From a virus, in IMG/VR virus record IMGVR_UViG_3300035670_013228, positions 32,001-96,000 of that record: a stretch of DNA of 64,000 nt, one strand, 5' to 3'. Below the pieces are notes generated by a model that ran no database searches, was not told the origin of the DNA, and saw nothing but the letters and a program-made list of their open reading frames with translations. Every line of letters starts with the position of its first letter. Position 1 is the first letter of the stretch. Both the position numbers and the translations under genes were made by a program. Below are positions 17,706-27,935 of the stretch, in pieces.

Positions 17706-20078
17706 ATGGCTATTTTATTTTTTGATGGATTCGACAGATATACTATTCTTAAAGATTTTGATCGTAATTATTGGTCATACGAACCATTAGATATTGTAGA
17801 TTATGAAAAATATGCTTTTGGAGGATATTCGTATAATCATAGCGAAGATTCTTATAGTGCTGGATCTTCCGAGTTTATGGAATATATGACCGGATACTAT
17901 TCTTTTTATTCTCCAAACGGAGCCAGATTACCATCTGGTATATTTAGGGATAATATCGAAAATAGTTTTAATGGTATTTATATTAGTGGAAATAGTTATC
18001 CGGGGTTCGGATCACCACCAGGATTTTTATCCTTACACAATCTTAATATAGCAGATCCTAATCTTTTAGCCCCTATAACTTATGTTCAACTTAGTGGTTT
18101 CTCATTACCGTCTAGTGGTCAAAGTTTTTTATCCACTAGAATTCTTGGCATAGAAACTAAGGATAGTTCCTATCATAATTCTGATAAAAATGGAAGATTT
18201 GAATATAAACATCCTTTGGTTGCTTTTTGTAGTGGCAATACAACAGGACTATTATTAAGTATTATTAAAACAACCGGAAATCATTTGTCTCTGATAGAAA
18301 ATAAAAAAATGACTATCGGGTTAGAAGTATTTCAAAATAATGGCATTAGCGGTATTTTTGATTTGAATATAACCAATGACCTAAATAAATATAGAATTAG
18401 ATCGTTATATTCTACCGTTAATGGCTATACATCTGGCATTTTAAATGATAGAATTTTGCTGATAGATAAAAATTTATCAGAAGGATTTGATTACGAATAT
18501 GGATCGGAAAGTGTTCCTATAACGCCCATATCTAGATGGTGTCATTTTCAATTTGGAATTATACAAAGCGGTTCGGATCCATATATCCAAGTAAAATTAG
18601 ACGACATAGATTTATTATCTATTCCTGTCGATACCAACTTATCTGATAAAGATTTATGGGACGATAAAATTTATATAAGTGGATTTGATTTTAACAATAT
18701 TAGATTTTTTAATAGAACATATAATGGATCTATACAGTATGCTACAACTAATACAGAAAATATTGGAATTAGTAGATACTATCTTTATGGAGCTGTAACG
18801 TTATTGGATGATATTGTACTTTCAGACGGTTCTGGTGTTCCTAATACTTTTTTGGGTTCTAATACTAAAGTAATACCATTTACACCCGGCGTAAGTGCTA
18901 ATACTTCTACTAATGGAGTTTATAGTGACGGCTTAACAGAATGGAGTGGCAATACTTCTTCTACTAGATTAGCTTTAAAAAATTTAGATGGAGATAATGG
19001 CAAAATATTTTCTTCTGTTTCTGGTGCCATAGCTGCTGTTAGATATACTAATTCTAATATGATGATACCAGACTCTAATTCGCTCTTTAGAATGCAAACA
19101 GAAGATGCTATAGGTGGAATAAAAGTATATGCACAAGCAAAAAAAGAATTTTTAGATAGTAGATATTCCGTAGTTTTAAGAACAGGCATATCAGATCCAT
19201 ACTCTATTGATAATAAAGTATTTTTAGACTTTGAAACATCATCTAATAATACTATTATAGATTTGTCAAGAAATAGATATGTTTTTACAAAATCTGTACC
19301 AGAAATAGAATTATCTAATATAAATAAATTTGGAGATAAAAGTTTAAGACTACTAAGCGGACAATATCTCTCAACACCTTCTGTGGAATTACAGAATAGT
19401 TTAACTTTAGAATGTTGGATTAAACTTTCTGGATTAAATAATAGCCTAACTCTATTTCACAGATTTGCACCAATAGGTCTAACAACAATTTCACCTAATT
19501 TAGTTGTTAGTACTGGTAGTATAAGTTATAACGCTTTCTATTCCCAGTTCGGCACTGGACAATTAGTATTGCGCTTTCCAAATAGCGGAATACAAGATAC
19601 CGACTGGCATCATGTTGCTTTGGTATCCGATACTTCTAAGGTTGTTGTATTTCTTGACGGAATATCAGGAACTTCATATAGCGTATTTTCTAATGCGGAT
19701 CTATTTGGAAGTAATACATCATTAACTAATTCTTTATATTATTGGTCGTCCACTTCACCATATAATAATTCTATTAAAAACTTTACTAGTAGTGCTAGTT
19801 TAGCATCTTTATTCACATATATTTCTGGTAACGGATATATAGACGAATATAGAATTACAAATACACAAAGATATAATACTAATTTTATTCCTCCAAGTGC
19901 TATTCTTACAGAAAGAGATGATTATATAACAATTGGTGATCCTCAAAATATAACACGTACAAGATATGGTAAAGTATATCAATTTTATGAATATGTGAAT
20001 CCTTCAACAGATAGTCCCTGGACAACCGGTTTAATAGCTAATCCCAGCGGATTTATACTAGGTGTTAAAAAATTATGA
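17706..20078 (+). CDS. Virion protein with C-terminal LamG/ConA-like domain
   Basis: Starts MAILFFDGFD. C-terminal pattern KFGDKSLRL...SLTLECWIK...WHHVALV...GYIDEYRITNTQRYNTNFIPP. Clear RBS. Confidence 0.7.
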   Translation: MAILFFDGFDRYTILKDFDRNYWSYEPLDIVDYEKYAFGGYSYNHSEDSYSAGSSEFMEYMTGYYSFYSPNGARLPSGIFRDNIENSFNGIYISGNSYPGFGSPPGFLSLHNLNIADPNLLAPITYVQLSGFSLPSSGQSFLSTRILGIETKDSSYHNSDKNGRFEYKHPLVAFCSGNTTGLLLSIIKTTGNHLSLIENKKMTIGLEVFQNNGISGIFDLNITNDLNKYRIRSLYSTVNGYTSGILNDRILLIDKNLSEGFDYEYGSESVPITPISRWCHFQFGIIQSGSDPYIQVKLDDIDLLSIPVDTNLSDKDLWDDKIYISGFDFNNIRFFNRTYNGSIQYATTNTENIGISRYYLYGAVTLLDDIVLSDGSGVPNTFLGSNTKVIPFTPGVSANTSTNGVYSDGLTEWSGNTSSTRLALKNLDGDNGKIFSSVSGAIAAVRYTNSNMMIPDSNSLFRMQTEDAIGGIKVYAQAKKEFLDSRYSVVLRTGISDPYSIDNKVFLDFETSSNNTIIDLSRNRYVFTKSVPEIELSNINKFGDKSLRLLSGQYLSTPSVELQNSLTLECWIKLSGLNNSLTLFHRFAPIGLTTISPNLVVSTGSISYNAFYSQFGTGQLVLRFPNSGIQDTDWHHVALVSDTSKVVVFLDGISGTSYSVFSNADLFGSNTSLTNSLYYWSSTSPYNNSIKNFTSSASLASLFTYISGNGYIDEYRITNTQRYNTNFIPPSAILTERDDYITIGDPQNITRTRYGKVYQFYEYVNPSTDSPWTTGLIANPSGFILGVKKL

Positions 20079-22435
20079 CAGTACTTAGCAAAAGACTACA
20101 ATATTCTAATAATGACTTTTTAATATATCAACACTTTGTAAATACTGAAACAGAAACTTTTTTCTTAGCCAATGAATCACCAAACGAACCGGAATATCCA
20201 CATGTTTATGTTGGTTATTACAGTGGCATACCTCTATCACCATCTTTAGATGAAGATAATAGTATAGCTTCTCTACAATCTGGATACTATTCTGTTGTTT
20301 TATTAAGTAGATTCGGTATACCTAGAAATACTTTGATTGCTTGTAATATAAAAGCTAGTTACGAAAATGATATACTTAATAGAATAAGCTCCAGCAATGT
20401 TATATTAAATATAAAACCATTTGCTCAAAATAATAATAATTATGATATTAATGACTATAGAAGCGCTGATAAAATATCGAATACTATAAATGATAATGTT
20501 TCTAATAAACTTTTTGAAATTTATACTTTAAATTCTTTTACAGGATTGAATTTTAGTTCAGCATGGTCAAAAAATACATACGGGGTTATTCATTTTAATG
20601 CTTCTGGATCGTCATCTGGTATAAAAAATATCATCATTGATTATGTAGATTTAGTTTATAAAGCTAGTTTACCATCAGCACCTATAAATCCAGCAGCATC
20701 CGGATCCGATTCTTCCGCATATCTTAGTTGGTTTGAGCCGCTGGATAATGGTGGAGATAATGTTATATATTATGCAATAAAATATACTGATACTACAACA
20801 AATATTTCTAATACCATTACGACTCCATCTAGTGGAACCAATTTTTTTCTATCGAATTTAACTAATGATAATGCGTATGTTTATAGGGTTGCTGCGGTTA
20901 ATAATGTTGGTACGGGTACTTATTCAACAGAATCCAATATTTTTATTCCAGAAAAAATTCCACTGCTATCCGCATTAAATTATAATAGTGCTAATTATAC
21001 AAGAATCAGACTTCGTAGAGATACATCTGCCAATTGGTCCGATATTGATCCTATATTAGCCTTAGGAGAAGCTGGTTTCGAAACAGATACTAGATATTTA
21101 AAAGTAGGTAATAATGTATCTCCATGGAATAATTTAGATTATATTAGAGTACCAAATAGTTCAATATCTTTTCCGTCTCCTCCACAAATTATTTTACCGA
21201 TAGGTGATTCATTAACAGTTTCTAATCCAAGAATTAATTGTAATTTATCTAATAGTGAACTTTTAAATATTATCGGTATAGATGGTATAAATATAGAGTA
21301 TTTCACAAGTAGCAACTCTATTAGAATTAGTTTAGATAAGTCATTTTCTCCCTTCAACTCCGGTACATTAGCTAGTCCTAATAGCGTTGGAAGACCCGGA
21401 GAAGTATATTATGATGAACAATTTATGTATGTTTGTGTTGGAATAAATTTATGGAAAAGAATTTTATTGGATACTAATTATTGGTTTAATCCAAATAATA
21501 TGGCCATATCTAACAATTCCGGGTTTTATCCCAGCATAACAAATATTACGACTTCTGGTACTAATATACAGTATACTAGCGACGGCGATCCATATCCTGC
21601 TAAATCATCGAACAATATGACTAATGACGGCATATCTCCAAGATCTGCATTCTTTAATAACTATACTATTAGTGATCAGAGCTACACACTATCTTTTAAA
21701 TACAGGGCCGGATATAACTTCTCAGACCCTGAGATAGCCACTTCGGGGTATAATGGAATATTAAATAATGGAGTTCTTGTATCAGCACCTTCGGCTAAAA
21801 ATGAAACTATTGGCCCATTTGTTGCCCCATCCGGATTCAATTTTAATCGAAGTTTTTTTAGTAACTTTTTTGTAATAGATAATTGTGGAGGATATGTTAA
21901 TTCTAGTGGATTATATGCTTATTATGATGGAAGATTTTTAAAGAACTGCTGGAATGATAGTAAAGTATATAATAGTAACACATATTATGCATTATCTTCA
22001 TATAGCGGCGATAACTTTAGACATTCAGACGGTCATTCAAAAATTTTAGGATTTTGTTTTGATGGATATCCAATATATGGTCCATTTGGATACGAAGATC
22101 CAACTGATGATAATAGTTCTATATTATTATTAACCAGTTCATATTTAGTGTACGATAATGATAATCATAGACCAAATAATTGGAAATATAGTAATAGTAT
22201 TACTGTTAATAACTTTAACTATGTATTAGTTGGAGGAGCTTTTATTCAAGATTTTTACTATGCTCAAAATTCTGGTATATTAGATCAATATAATGGTAGA
22301 TATACTATTACTCCAGACTTTCCTCAAGGTACTTATGCATACTTTTTAACATTTACTAACAGCGGTTTGCTAATACCACAATATCCGTATATAGTCGGAA
22401 ACTATAGTCGTAATCAAAAATTAAAGGTATTATAA
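20075..22435 (+). CDS. Tail-associated receptor-binding-like protein: FN3 + Mtd N-terminal domain + YHYH-family domain
   Basis: FN3 (PSAPINPAASGSDSSAYLSWFEP...YVYRVAAVNNVGTG). Mtd_N/hyaluronidase-N pattern RIRLRRDTSANWSDIDPILALGEAGFETDTRYLKVG (21002-21142). YHYH-family pattern GHSKILGFCFDGYPIYGPFG...LDQYNGR...TPDFPQGTYAYF. Confidence 0.8.
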   Translation: MTVLSKRLQYSNNDFLIYQHFVNTETETFFLANESPNEPEYPHVYVGYYSGIPLSPSLDEDNSIASLQSGYYSVVLLSRFGIPRNTLIACNIKASYENDILNRISSSNVILNIKPFAQNNNNYDINDYRSADKISNTINDNVSNKLFEIYTLNSFTGLNFSSAWSKNTYGVIHFNASGSSSGIKNIIIDYVDLVYKASLPSAPINPAASGSDSSAYLSWFEPLDNGGDNVIYYAIKYTDTTTNISNTITTPSSGTNFFLSNLTNDNAYVYRVAAVNNVGTGTYSTESNIFIPEKIPLLSALNYNSANYTRIRLRRDTSANWSDIDPILALGEAGFETDTRYLKVGNNVSPWNNLDYIRVPNSSISFPSPPQIILPIGDSLTVSNPRINCNLSNSELLNIIGIDGINIEYFTSSNSIRISLDKSFSPFNSGTLASPNSVGRPGEVYYDEQFMYVCVGINLWKRILLDTNYWFNPNNMAISNNSGFYPSITNITTSGTNIQYTSDGDPYPAKSSNNMTNDGISPRSAFFNNYTISDQSYTLSFKYRAGYNFSDPEIATSGYNGILNNGVLVSAPSAKNETIGPFVAPSGFNFNRSFFSNFFVIDNCGGYVNSSGLYAYYDGRFLKNCWNDSKVYNSNTYYALSSYSGDNFRHSDGHSKILGFCFDGYPIYGPFGYEDPTDDNSSILLLTSSYLVYDNDNHRPNNWKYSNSITVNNFNYVLVGGAFIQDFYYAQNSGILDQYNGRYTITPDFPQGTYAYFLTFTNSGLLIPQYPYIVGNYSRNQKLKVL

Positions 22436-22437
22436 AT

Positions 22438-22959
22438 ATGTTTAACAATATTTTAAGCCAACAATTTAAATCTTTGTTTAATGAAGCAATAGATGAGCTT
22501 ATTAGTCAAAATGGATTGTCCGTACCATGCACACTAGTATATGATTCTTTAAAGAAAAGCTTGTGTCCAAATTGTATTTTTGATCCTATTCAAAATAGAT
22601 CCAACAACGAGTATAATAATACCGGACCGGTACCATTTCCTACTCTTGGTATATGTCCGATATGCAATGGTTACGGTATTATTGATATGTCTTCACAGGA
22701 TACAGTATATTTAGCGGTTATTTTTGATAGTAAATATTGGTTCAATTGGGATTATAAGTCTGTTAATATTGGTAATAATATGGCTCAGTCTATAGGTAAA
22801 ATAGAATTACTGCCTAAAATTCAGAATACTAAAGAAATTATTTTAGATACTAATGTTGCAGGATATGGATCTAGAAGATATAGCAGAAGTGGGGATTCTC
22901 AAATTTGTGGATTAGGAAGTAATAGATATATTATAACAATGTGGGAAAAAATAATATGA
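22438..22959 (+). CDS. Putative head closure / head-tail joining protein with CxxC pairs
   Basis: Size (173 aa) and position upstream of neck/terminator/tube genes. CPNC and CPIC motifs, and a beta-rich C-terminus (RRYSRSGD...GLGSNRYIITMWE). Confidence 0.5.
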   Translation: MFNNILSQQFKSLFNEAIDELISQNGLSVPCTLVYDSLKKSLCPNCIFDPIQNRSNNEYNNTGPVPFPTLGICPICNGYGIIDMSSQDTVYLAVIFDSKYWFNWDYKSVNIGNNMAQSIGKIELLPKIQNTKEIILDTNVAGYGSRRYSRSGDSQICGLGSNRYIITMWEKII

Positions 22960-23603
22960 AAATTTCTTTTAATTTACTAGATAGTTCTTCTAGTATACAA
23001 CAAAAAATATTAGATAGTATTGTTGATTATTTATCTCCAATTATGCAAAAAACAAAAAATTCTTTACAAAACTCTTTACCTCAATACATAGAAGATGCTG
23101 TAACGGGTCAGCCAGAATATATTTCTTTGCTGGGTGGTCAGTTAAGATCAGAACTGGGAGTACCAGATGCTGGATCAAGACTTAATAGTATTTTTTCTGA
23201 GTGGAAAAATAATGCGGTTGTTATATATAATCCTATAGCTACTAAAGGATCATCTATTGTTGGTGGATTTAGTATAGATATGATAAAATCAGATTTTTCA
23301 GACATACTATCACTACCGTCATCAGAAGTAGTAGATAGTATTAGTGGATCCATTATACCGTGGTTAAAATGGCTACTATTAGATGGTGGAAAAATATTGA
23401 TTAGAAATTATAAAGTTCAATTAGGTAATAATCCTAGATCTCGTACCGGCGGGGCTATTATGATACAATCAGATAAAGAAAATTGGAGAGTTCCCGCACA
23501 ATTTGCAGGAACAGCCAATAATAATTGGATTACTAGAGCATTATCAACCTATGATCAGCTTATATTAGATCATATACAAAATACTCTGGAGAATAGTTTA
23601 TGA
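22941..23603 (+). CDS. Putative neck / tail completion protein
   Basis: Position between head-closure-like and terminator-like genes. C-terminus WRVPAQFAGTANNNWITRAL resembles HK97 gp10-type ends. Assignment is mostly syntenic. Confidence 0.45.
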   Translation: MGKNNMKISFNLLDSSSSIQQKILDSIVDYLSPIMQKTKNSLQNSLPQYIEDAVTGQPEYISLLGGQLRSELGVPDAGSRLNSIFSEWKNNAVVIYNPIATKGSSIVGGFSIDMIKSDFSDILSLPSSEVVDSISGSIIPWLKWLLLDGGKILIRNYKVQLGNNPRSRTGGAIMIQSDKENWRVPAQFAGTANNNWITRALSTYDQLILDHIQNTLENSL

Positions 23604-24553
23604 GCTGTAATCATACTAATGTATTCAATAACGTAACATCTGTTGGTGATAACTATCTTATTAATCAACTAGAAGATAATATAAAAACATTTTTAGATTA
23701 TGGATTTTTAAATATAGGGGGTTTTATTAATATAGACATCCCAACTTCTGGATTATATGGGGGTTCTTTACATATTTTGAAGCCAACAACTCAACCAGGA
23801 TATCAACCAGGACAAGTTTGGCAAGCATTTAAAAAAGACTGGGTTTATGAAACAGGAATATCCTATAATACTTATTCGCCCACGATAATATCCGGAGTTC
23901 ATCTCAACAACACCTTTTATCCTGCTCCAACTGGATCCGGTAATATTAGTTATACCATTAATTATCCATTAGGACACATTATATTTAATAAAGGTTTACC
24001 ATCTACTAGTAATGTTCAACTAGAGTATTCTTATAGATGGTGTCAAGTTTATAAGAGTAGTTCTACTCAATGGAAAGAATTACAAGAATTATCATATAAG
24101 CCCAATCCTCAGCTTAATTATACTCAATCTGGGGATTATAATATCTATGCGGGTAATAGGATACAAATGCCAGCGATTGTTGTGGAGCCTATAGCTAGAA
24201 GTTTCTCTAAGCCGTATCAGTTAGGTGCTAGTGATTTTGCTATAGACCAAGATATATTATTACATATTTTTACAGAAAATAAGTCCGATAATAATAGAAT
24301 AGTAGATATAGTAAGATTACAAAAAGATAAAACTATTTTACTGTATGATACTAATAAAGTGGCCAAAAGTGGAGTTTATAGTTTAAATTATAACGGATCA
24401 TTAAATTCTAATAGAATTTGCTATTCTGAATTATTAGTAAATTATTATTGGAATAAATGTTATTTTAAAGAAATTAGTGTATTAAATATGGAAAGCTCAA
24501 ATCAAAATTTATTTTGGTGTACAGTAAGAGTAACATCAGAAGTAATCATATAA
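23600..24553 (+). CDS. Putative tail terminator protein
   Basis: Directly upstream of the tail tube gene, with an ATGA overlap. Terminator-like pattern MPAIVVE...QDILLHIFTE...RIVDIV. Confidence 0.5.
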   Translation: MSCNHTNVFNNVTSVGDNYLINQLEDNIKTFLDYGFLNIGGFINIDIPTSGLYGGSLHILKPTTQPGYQPGQVWQAFKKDWVYETGISYNTYSPTIISGVHLNNTFYPAPTGSGNISYTINYPLGHIIFNKGLPSTSNVQLEYSYRWCQVYKSSSTQWKELQELSYKPNPQLNYTQSGDYNIYAGNRIQMPAIVVEPIARSFSKPYQLGASDFAIDQDILLHIFTENKSDNNRIVDIVRLQKDKTILLYDTNKVAKSGVYSLNYNGSLNSNRICYSELLVNYYWNKCYFKEISVLNMESSNQNLFWCTVRVTSEVII

Positions 24554-24575
24554 ACTATTTTCTGGAGATCAAAAC

Positions 24576-25574
24576 ATGTCAAATAGAATCTACTATGCCT
24601 GCCAAAGCGTTCAACTATATCCTCCTGTTGATATTGATACTACGCTATCATCGGCAACTAATAAGGCCACAATAGAAGGTGATCCTTCAGTTACGATTCA
24701 AGGTTTACAAAGCGTTGGCATGAATACCAACTTTAACCTTGAGCCAGTTTATCAACTAGGACAGCTTAGTTTATATGATAACTATGAAGAAATTCCTGAA
24801 GTAGAAATTTCATTAAATAAAGTTTTGGATGGTAGAGCAACATTATTTCAAAGTGCTATGGGCGAAGGTAGCTTAACAGAACTACAGAATCGTGCTTGTG
24901 GAGTTGTTCTTACCCTATATCCTGATACTGTACAAAAAGCTAGTGGCGTACCAACTGCTAAGGTAAAGTGTACTCCTGCTTATCTAAGTAGTGTAACATA
25001 TACTTTTCCAAGCGAAGGAAACTTTACAGAAGAAGTTCAGTTAGTTAGTAATAATAAAGAATGGGAGGCTAGTCCAGCTAGTGCCGATACTAGTCCAACC
25101 GATGAAGACGCTGGTAATGATCCTGGTATTATGCGTCGTCAACAAATAGATTTGACTTTGAGCACATTACCAACAGGAGCAAGTGGTGGTATTCCAGTTG
25201 GTTATAAAATTCAAAGTATCAATGTTACTGTGAATCTTGGAAGAGAAAGCATATTTAATCTTGGTGAAAGAACTCCAAGTTTCAGATATATCAATTTCCC
25301 CGTAGAAGTTACTTCCGAATTTGAAGTTATTGCTAAGGGCGGAGATCTGGTTGGTGTTGAAGAAGGCGACGGTAGTGCTTGCACAAATCCCAAAGCTTTG
25401 ATGAATAAACCTATTGTGATAGCACTATGCGATGGTACAGTAATCGATCTTGGGGGCAAAAATAAACTTACTAGTGTTAACTATACTGGCGGAGATACTG
25501 GTGGCGGCAATGCTACAATCACATATAGTTATCAAACGTTTAATGATTTTGATTTTACAGGCCCAACCGCCTGA
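24576..25574 (+). CDS. Major tail (tube) protein with internally duplicated tube domain
   Basis: Strong RBS (GGAG) and an acidic, beta-rich sequence. Two homologous halves 168 aa apart (QSVGMNTNFNLEPVYQLG...PEVEI and QSINVTVNLGRESIFNLG...PVEVT). Lies upstream of the chaperone-like genes and TMP. Confidence 0.75.
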   Translation: MSNRIYYACQSVQLYPPVDIDTTLSSATNKATIEGDPSVTIQGLQSVGMNTNFNLEPVYQLGQLSLYDNYEEIPEVEISLNKVLDGRATLFQSAMGEGSLTELQNRACGVVLTLYPDTVQKASGVPTAKVKCTPAYLSSVTYTFPSEGNFTEEVQLVSNNKEWEASPASADTSPTDEDAGNDPGIMRRQQIDLTLSTLPTGASGGIPVGYKIQSINVTVNLGRESIFNLGERTPSFRYINFPVEVTSEFEVIAKGGDLVGVEEGDGSACTNPKALMNKPIVIALCDGTVIDLGGKNKLTSVNYTGGDTGGGNATITYSYQTFNDFDFTGPTA

Positions 25575-25628
25575 TCATAGTAGTTAATCGGCTAAAGACA
25601 CACAGGAAGGAAACTATTATTATTAATA

Positions 25629-26678
25629 GTGGAAATATACAAAATAGAACAGATAACAAACAGAATACTATCTGGTAAACAGATAATAGTATCAGAAAAT
25701 GATATTTATGAATTAAGATCTGCTAGTATAGATCTTAAAATACAAAGTGATATATTATATAATAAAGAATATGAAAATTTATTATTTTCAGAAGATTTTA
25801 TTCATCAAGACGATATAGATTCTTTACTAATAGATCTAGGACTAATATATCCAGAATATAAAATGGACTTAGAATCTATAGAAAAAAAAATAGAGAATTC
25901 AAAAATAGATCTATATTTAAATTTTTTCGATAGAACCAAAAAACAAAAATATAAAAAAGATATAGAATCTCATAGAAAAAGATACAATCAAATTTATCAA
26001 TGGGCTCATTGTTTAGATTCTTTAACGCTAGAGCATTTTCTGTTAGGTATAAAACACGAATTTATTATTAAAAATACTTTATATATTTATCCAACAAATA
26101 ATTTAGTATTTCAAAACATAGAAAATATTAATTATATCTTATTTAATAAAATTACTCAAAATATTACAGATAATATCTTGGATCTTTCTACGCTCAAAAA
26201 GGTTGCTAGAAGTGACTATTGGCGTAACTATTATAGTATTAATAAAAATCATTTATTTTCTTATAGTACTATAGATTTTTCTGATGAGCAAAAGGCTTTA
26301 CTTAGTTTATCACATATGTATGATAAGATATATGAACATCCTGATTGTCCGGATAATGATATTTTAGAAGATGACGATGCTTTGGACGGATGGATGCTTC
26401 ATCAACAAAAAGAAAATAAGAGACTAAAAAAGGAAAAAGGTGTAAATAGTTTATTAGGAAGTAAAAATAGTAAAGCTGACGAAATTTTTCTTATGGCCAA
26501 GAATCAGGATCAAAAGGACGATATTGTGGGACTTAATACTAAAAATAGTGATATGAGAAGACAAAGTAAAATTCAAGAAGTATTATCTGCTAATGATAAA
26601 ATATTAGATTCTAATTTGTCTGATGTGAGAACGGCCATCAGAAATAAAATACAAGAACTTAATACCAGGAAAGGATAG
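25629..26678 (+). CDS. Hypothetical protein, probable tail assembly factor
   Basis: 349-aa helical, charged ORF with a GTG start between the tube and TMP genes. Contains the motif YEHPDCPDNDILEDDDALDGW. Confidence 0.55.
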   Translation: MEIYKIEQITNRILSGKQIIVSENDIYELRSASIDLKIQSDILYNKEYENLLFSEDFIHQDDIDSLLIDLGLIYPEYKMDLESIEKKIENSKIDLYLNFFDRTKKQKYKKDIESHRKRYNQIYQWAHCLDSLTLEHFLLGIKHEFIIKNTLYIYPTNNLVFQNIENINYILFNKITQNITDNILDLSTLKKVARSDYWRNYYSINKNHLFSYSTIDFSDEQKALLSLSHMYDKIYEHPDCPDNDILEDDDALDGWMLHQQKENKRLKKEKGVNSLLGSKNSKADEIFLMAKNQDQKDDIVGLNTKNSDMRRQSKIQEVLSANDKILDSNLSDVRTAIRNKIQELNTRKG

Positions 26679-26992
26679 TGTGTTATATGGAGAATCTAGA
26701 AAGACTACGATTTTATATAGAAAAAAGAATACAAACAACTATGATAGGAGCACTAAGCAAATTTGAAAATAATTTTGGATATCTATGGGGACATCATATT
26801 AAAAATGAAGACGACCTGACTCCCCAACAATTAGACTTTGGTGATTTGTGGGAGACCACAAGAAATGAAATTCTTAACCAGGGTAATAATCAAATACGTC
26901 AAGTGAAAGAAGATTTTTACAGATATGGTGGAGGATTCAAACAAAACTACTTTTATAACTTTAGACCACCCCAAGACTCGGATTCCAATTAA
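26678..26992 (+). CDS. Small hypothetical protein (start may be ATG 26687)
   Basis: Overlaps the previous stop (TAGTG) and fills the gap in the operon. Confidence 0.6.
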   Translation: MCYMENLERLRFYIEKRIQTTMIGALSKFENNFGYLWGHHIKNEDDLTPQQLDFGDLWETTRNEILNQGNNQIRQVKEDFYRYGGGFKQNYFYNFRPPQDSDSN

Positions 26993-27006
26993 GAAAGGAA
27001 CTGCAA

Positions 27007-27876
27007 ATGAAGACAGAAGAATTTAAAGCTACTATTAATAATGAGGAAAAAACTTTTTTGGTAAGATCTCCATCTTTACAAGATCAAAGAGAAGCTCAAA
27101 AAGTTTATAATAGAGCTTTTACAGACGCTATCAAAAGTAATAGCGTTGTTAGAGCCAAGATGGATGATGTATTAGAAGAACAAGGATTATGGAATAAAGA
27201 AAAACAAGCTAAATATACAGAACTTCAAGAAGAACTACTAGCAGGAGAAAAAAAGCTAGCAAAAGGAGGTTTTTCAATAACAGAAGCTAAAAAACTTGCT
27301 CTAAAAATGAGAGATATTAGAGCAGATCTCAGAGATTTGATCAGTGTGCGTACAAGTTTAGATAATCATAGTGCGGAAGGTCAAGCAGATAATGCTAGAT
27401 TTAATTATTTAGTTAGCGTTTGTGTGGTGTATAAAGATAATGAAAAACCATACTTTAAAGATCTTGAAGATTACATGGATCGTGCAACAGATCCTGTGGC
27501 TTTGAGCGGAGCGCAAAAACTTGCTAACTTAATTTATGGTTTAGATAATAATTATGAGAAAAATTTACCCGAAAATAAATTTTTGAAAAAATATAAATTT
27601 GTAAATGATGATTTGAGATTTATAGATAAGAATGGCAGAACAGTAGATAGCGAAGGAAGATTGGTAGATAGTAAAGGTAGATATATTGATACTGATGGTA
27701 ACTATGTAGATAAAGATGGTAACAGAGTAGATGCAGACGGAGAGTATGTTTTTGACACACAACCATTCTTAGACGATAATGGTGTTCCTATTGTGGTAGA
27801 AGAGGATAAGAAACCAAATGAAACACAACCACAGCCACCAGAACCCACAGTTGCAACAAATACGGTTGTTTCATAA
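27007..27876 (+). CDS. Probable tail assembly chaperone
   Basis: Immediately upstream of the TMP, with RBS AAAGGA. Helical N-terminus, six 7-aa (V/I)DxxGxx repeats and a Pro-rich tail. Confidence 0.6.
   Translation: MKTEEFKATINNEEKTFLVRSPSLQDQREAQKVYNRAFTDAIKSNSVVRAKMDDVLEEQGLWNKEKQAKYTELQEELLAGEKKLAKGGFSITEAKKLALKMRDIRADLRDLISVRTSLDNHSAEGQADNARFNYLVSVCVVYKDNEKPYFKDLEDYMDRATDPVALSGAQKLANLIYGLDNNYEKNLPENKFLKKYKFVNDDLRFIDKNGRTVDSEGRLVDSKGRYIDTDGNYVDKDGNRVDADGEYVFDTQPFLDDNGVPIVVEEDKKPNETQPQPPEPTVATNTVVS
27622..27747 (+). repeat. Six tandem 7-aa repeats IDKNGRT VDSEGRL VDSKGRY IDTDGNY VDKDGNR VDADGEY
   Basis: Read directly from the translation. Confidence 0.85.
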
Positions 27877-27905
27877 AAATATCTTTACTGATTTTTCTAT
27901 ATATA

Positions 27906-27935
27906 GCGCCATACTAATAGTTGTTAGTGTGGCGT
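27906..27935 (+). terminator. Stem-loop between the chaperone and TMP genes (possible intrinsic terminator/attenuator)
   Basis: GCGCCATACTAAT-AGTT-GTTAGTGTGGCGT forms a 13-bp stem with three G-U pairs, followed by TATTATTTT. Confidence 0.5.

Noticed and set aside
20075-22435. Diversity-generating retroelement suggested by the Mtd_N domain
   Set aside because: The C-terminus is YHYH-family rather than a C-type lectin variable region. I saw no adenine-variant TR/VR pair and no reverse transcriptase in the window.
22438-25574. Contractile tail (sheath gene)
   Set aside because: No sheath-sized gene lies between the terminator-like and tube genes. One elsewhere in the genome cannot be excluded.
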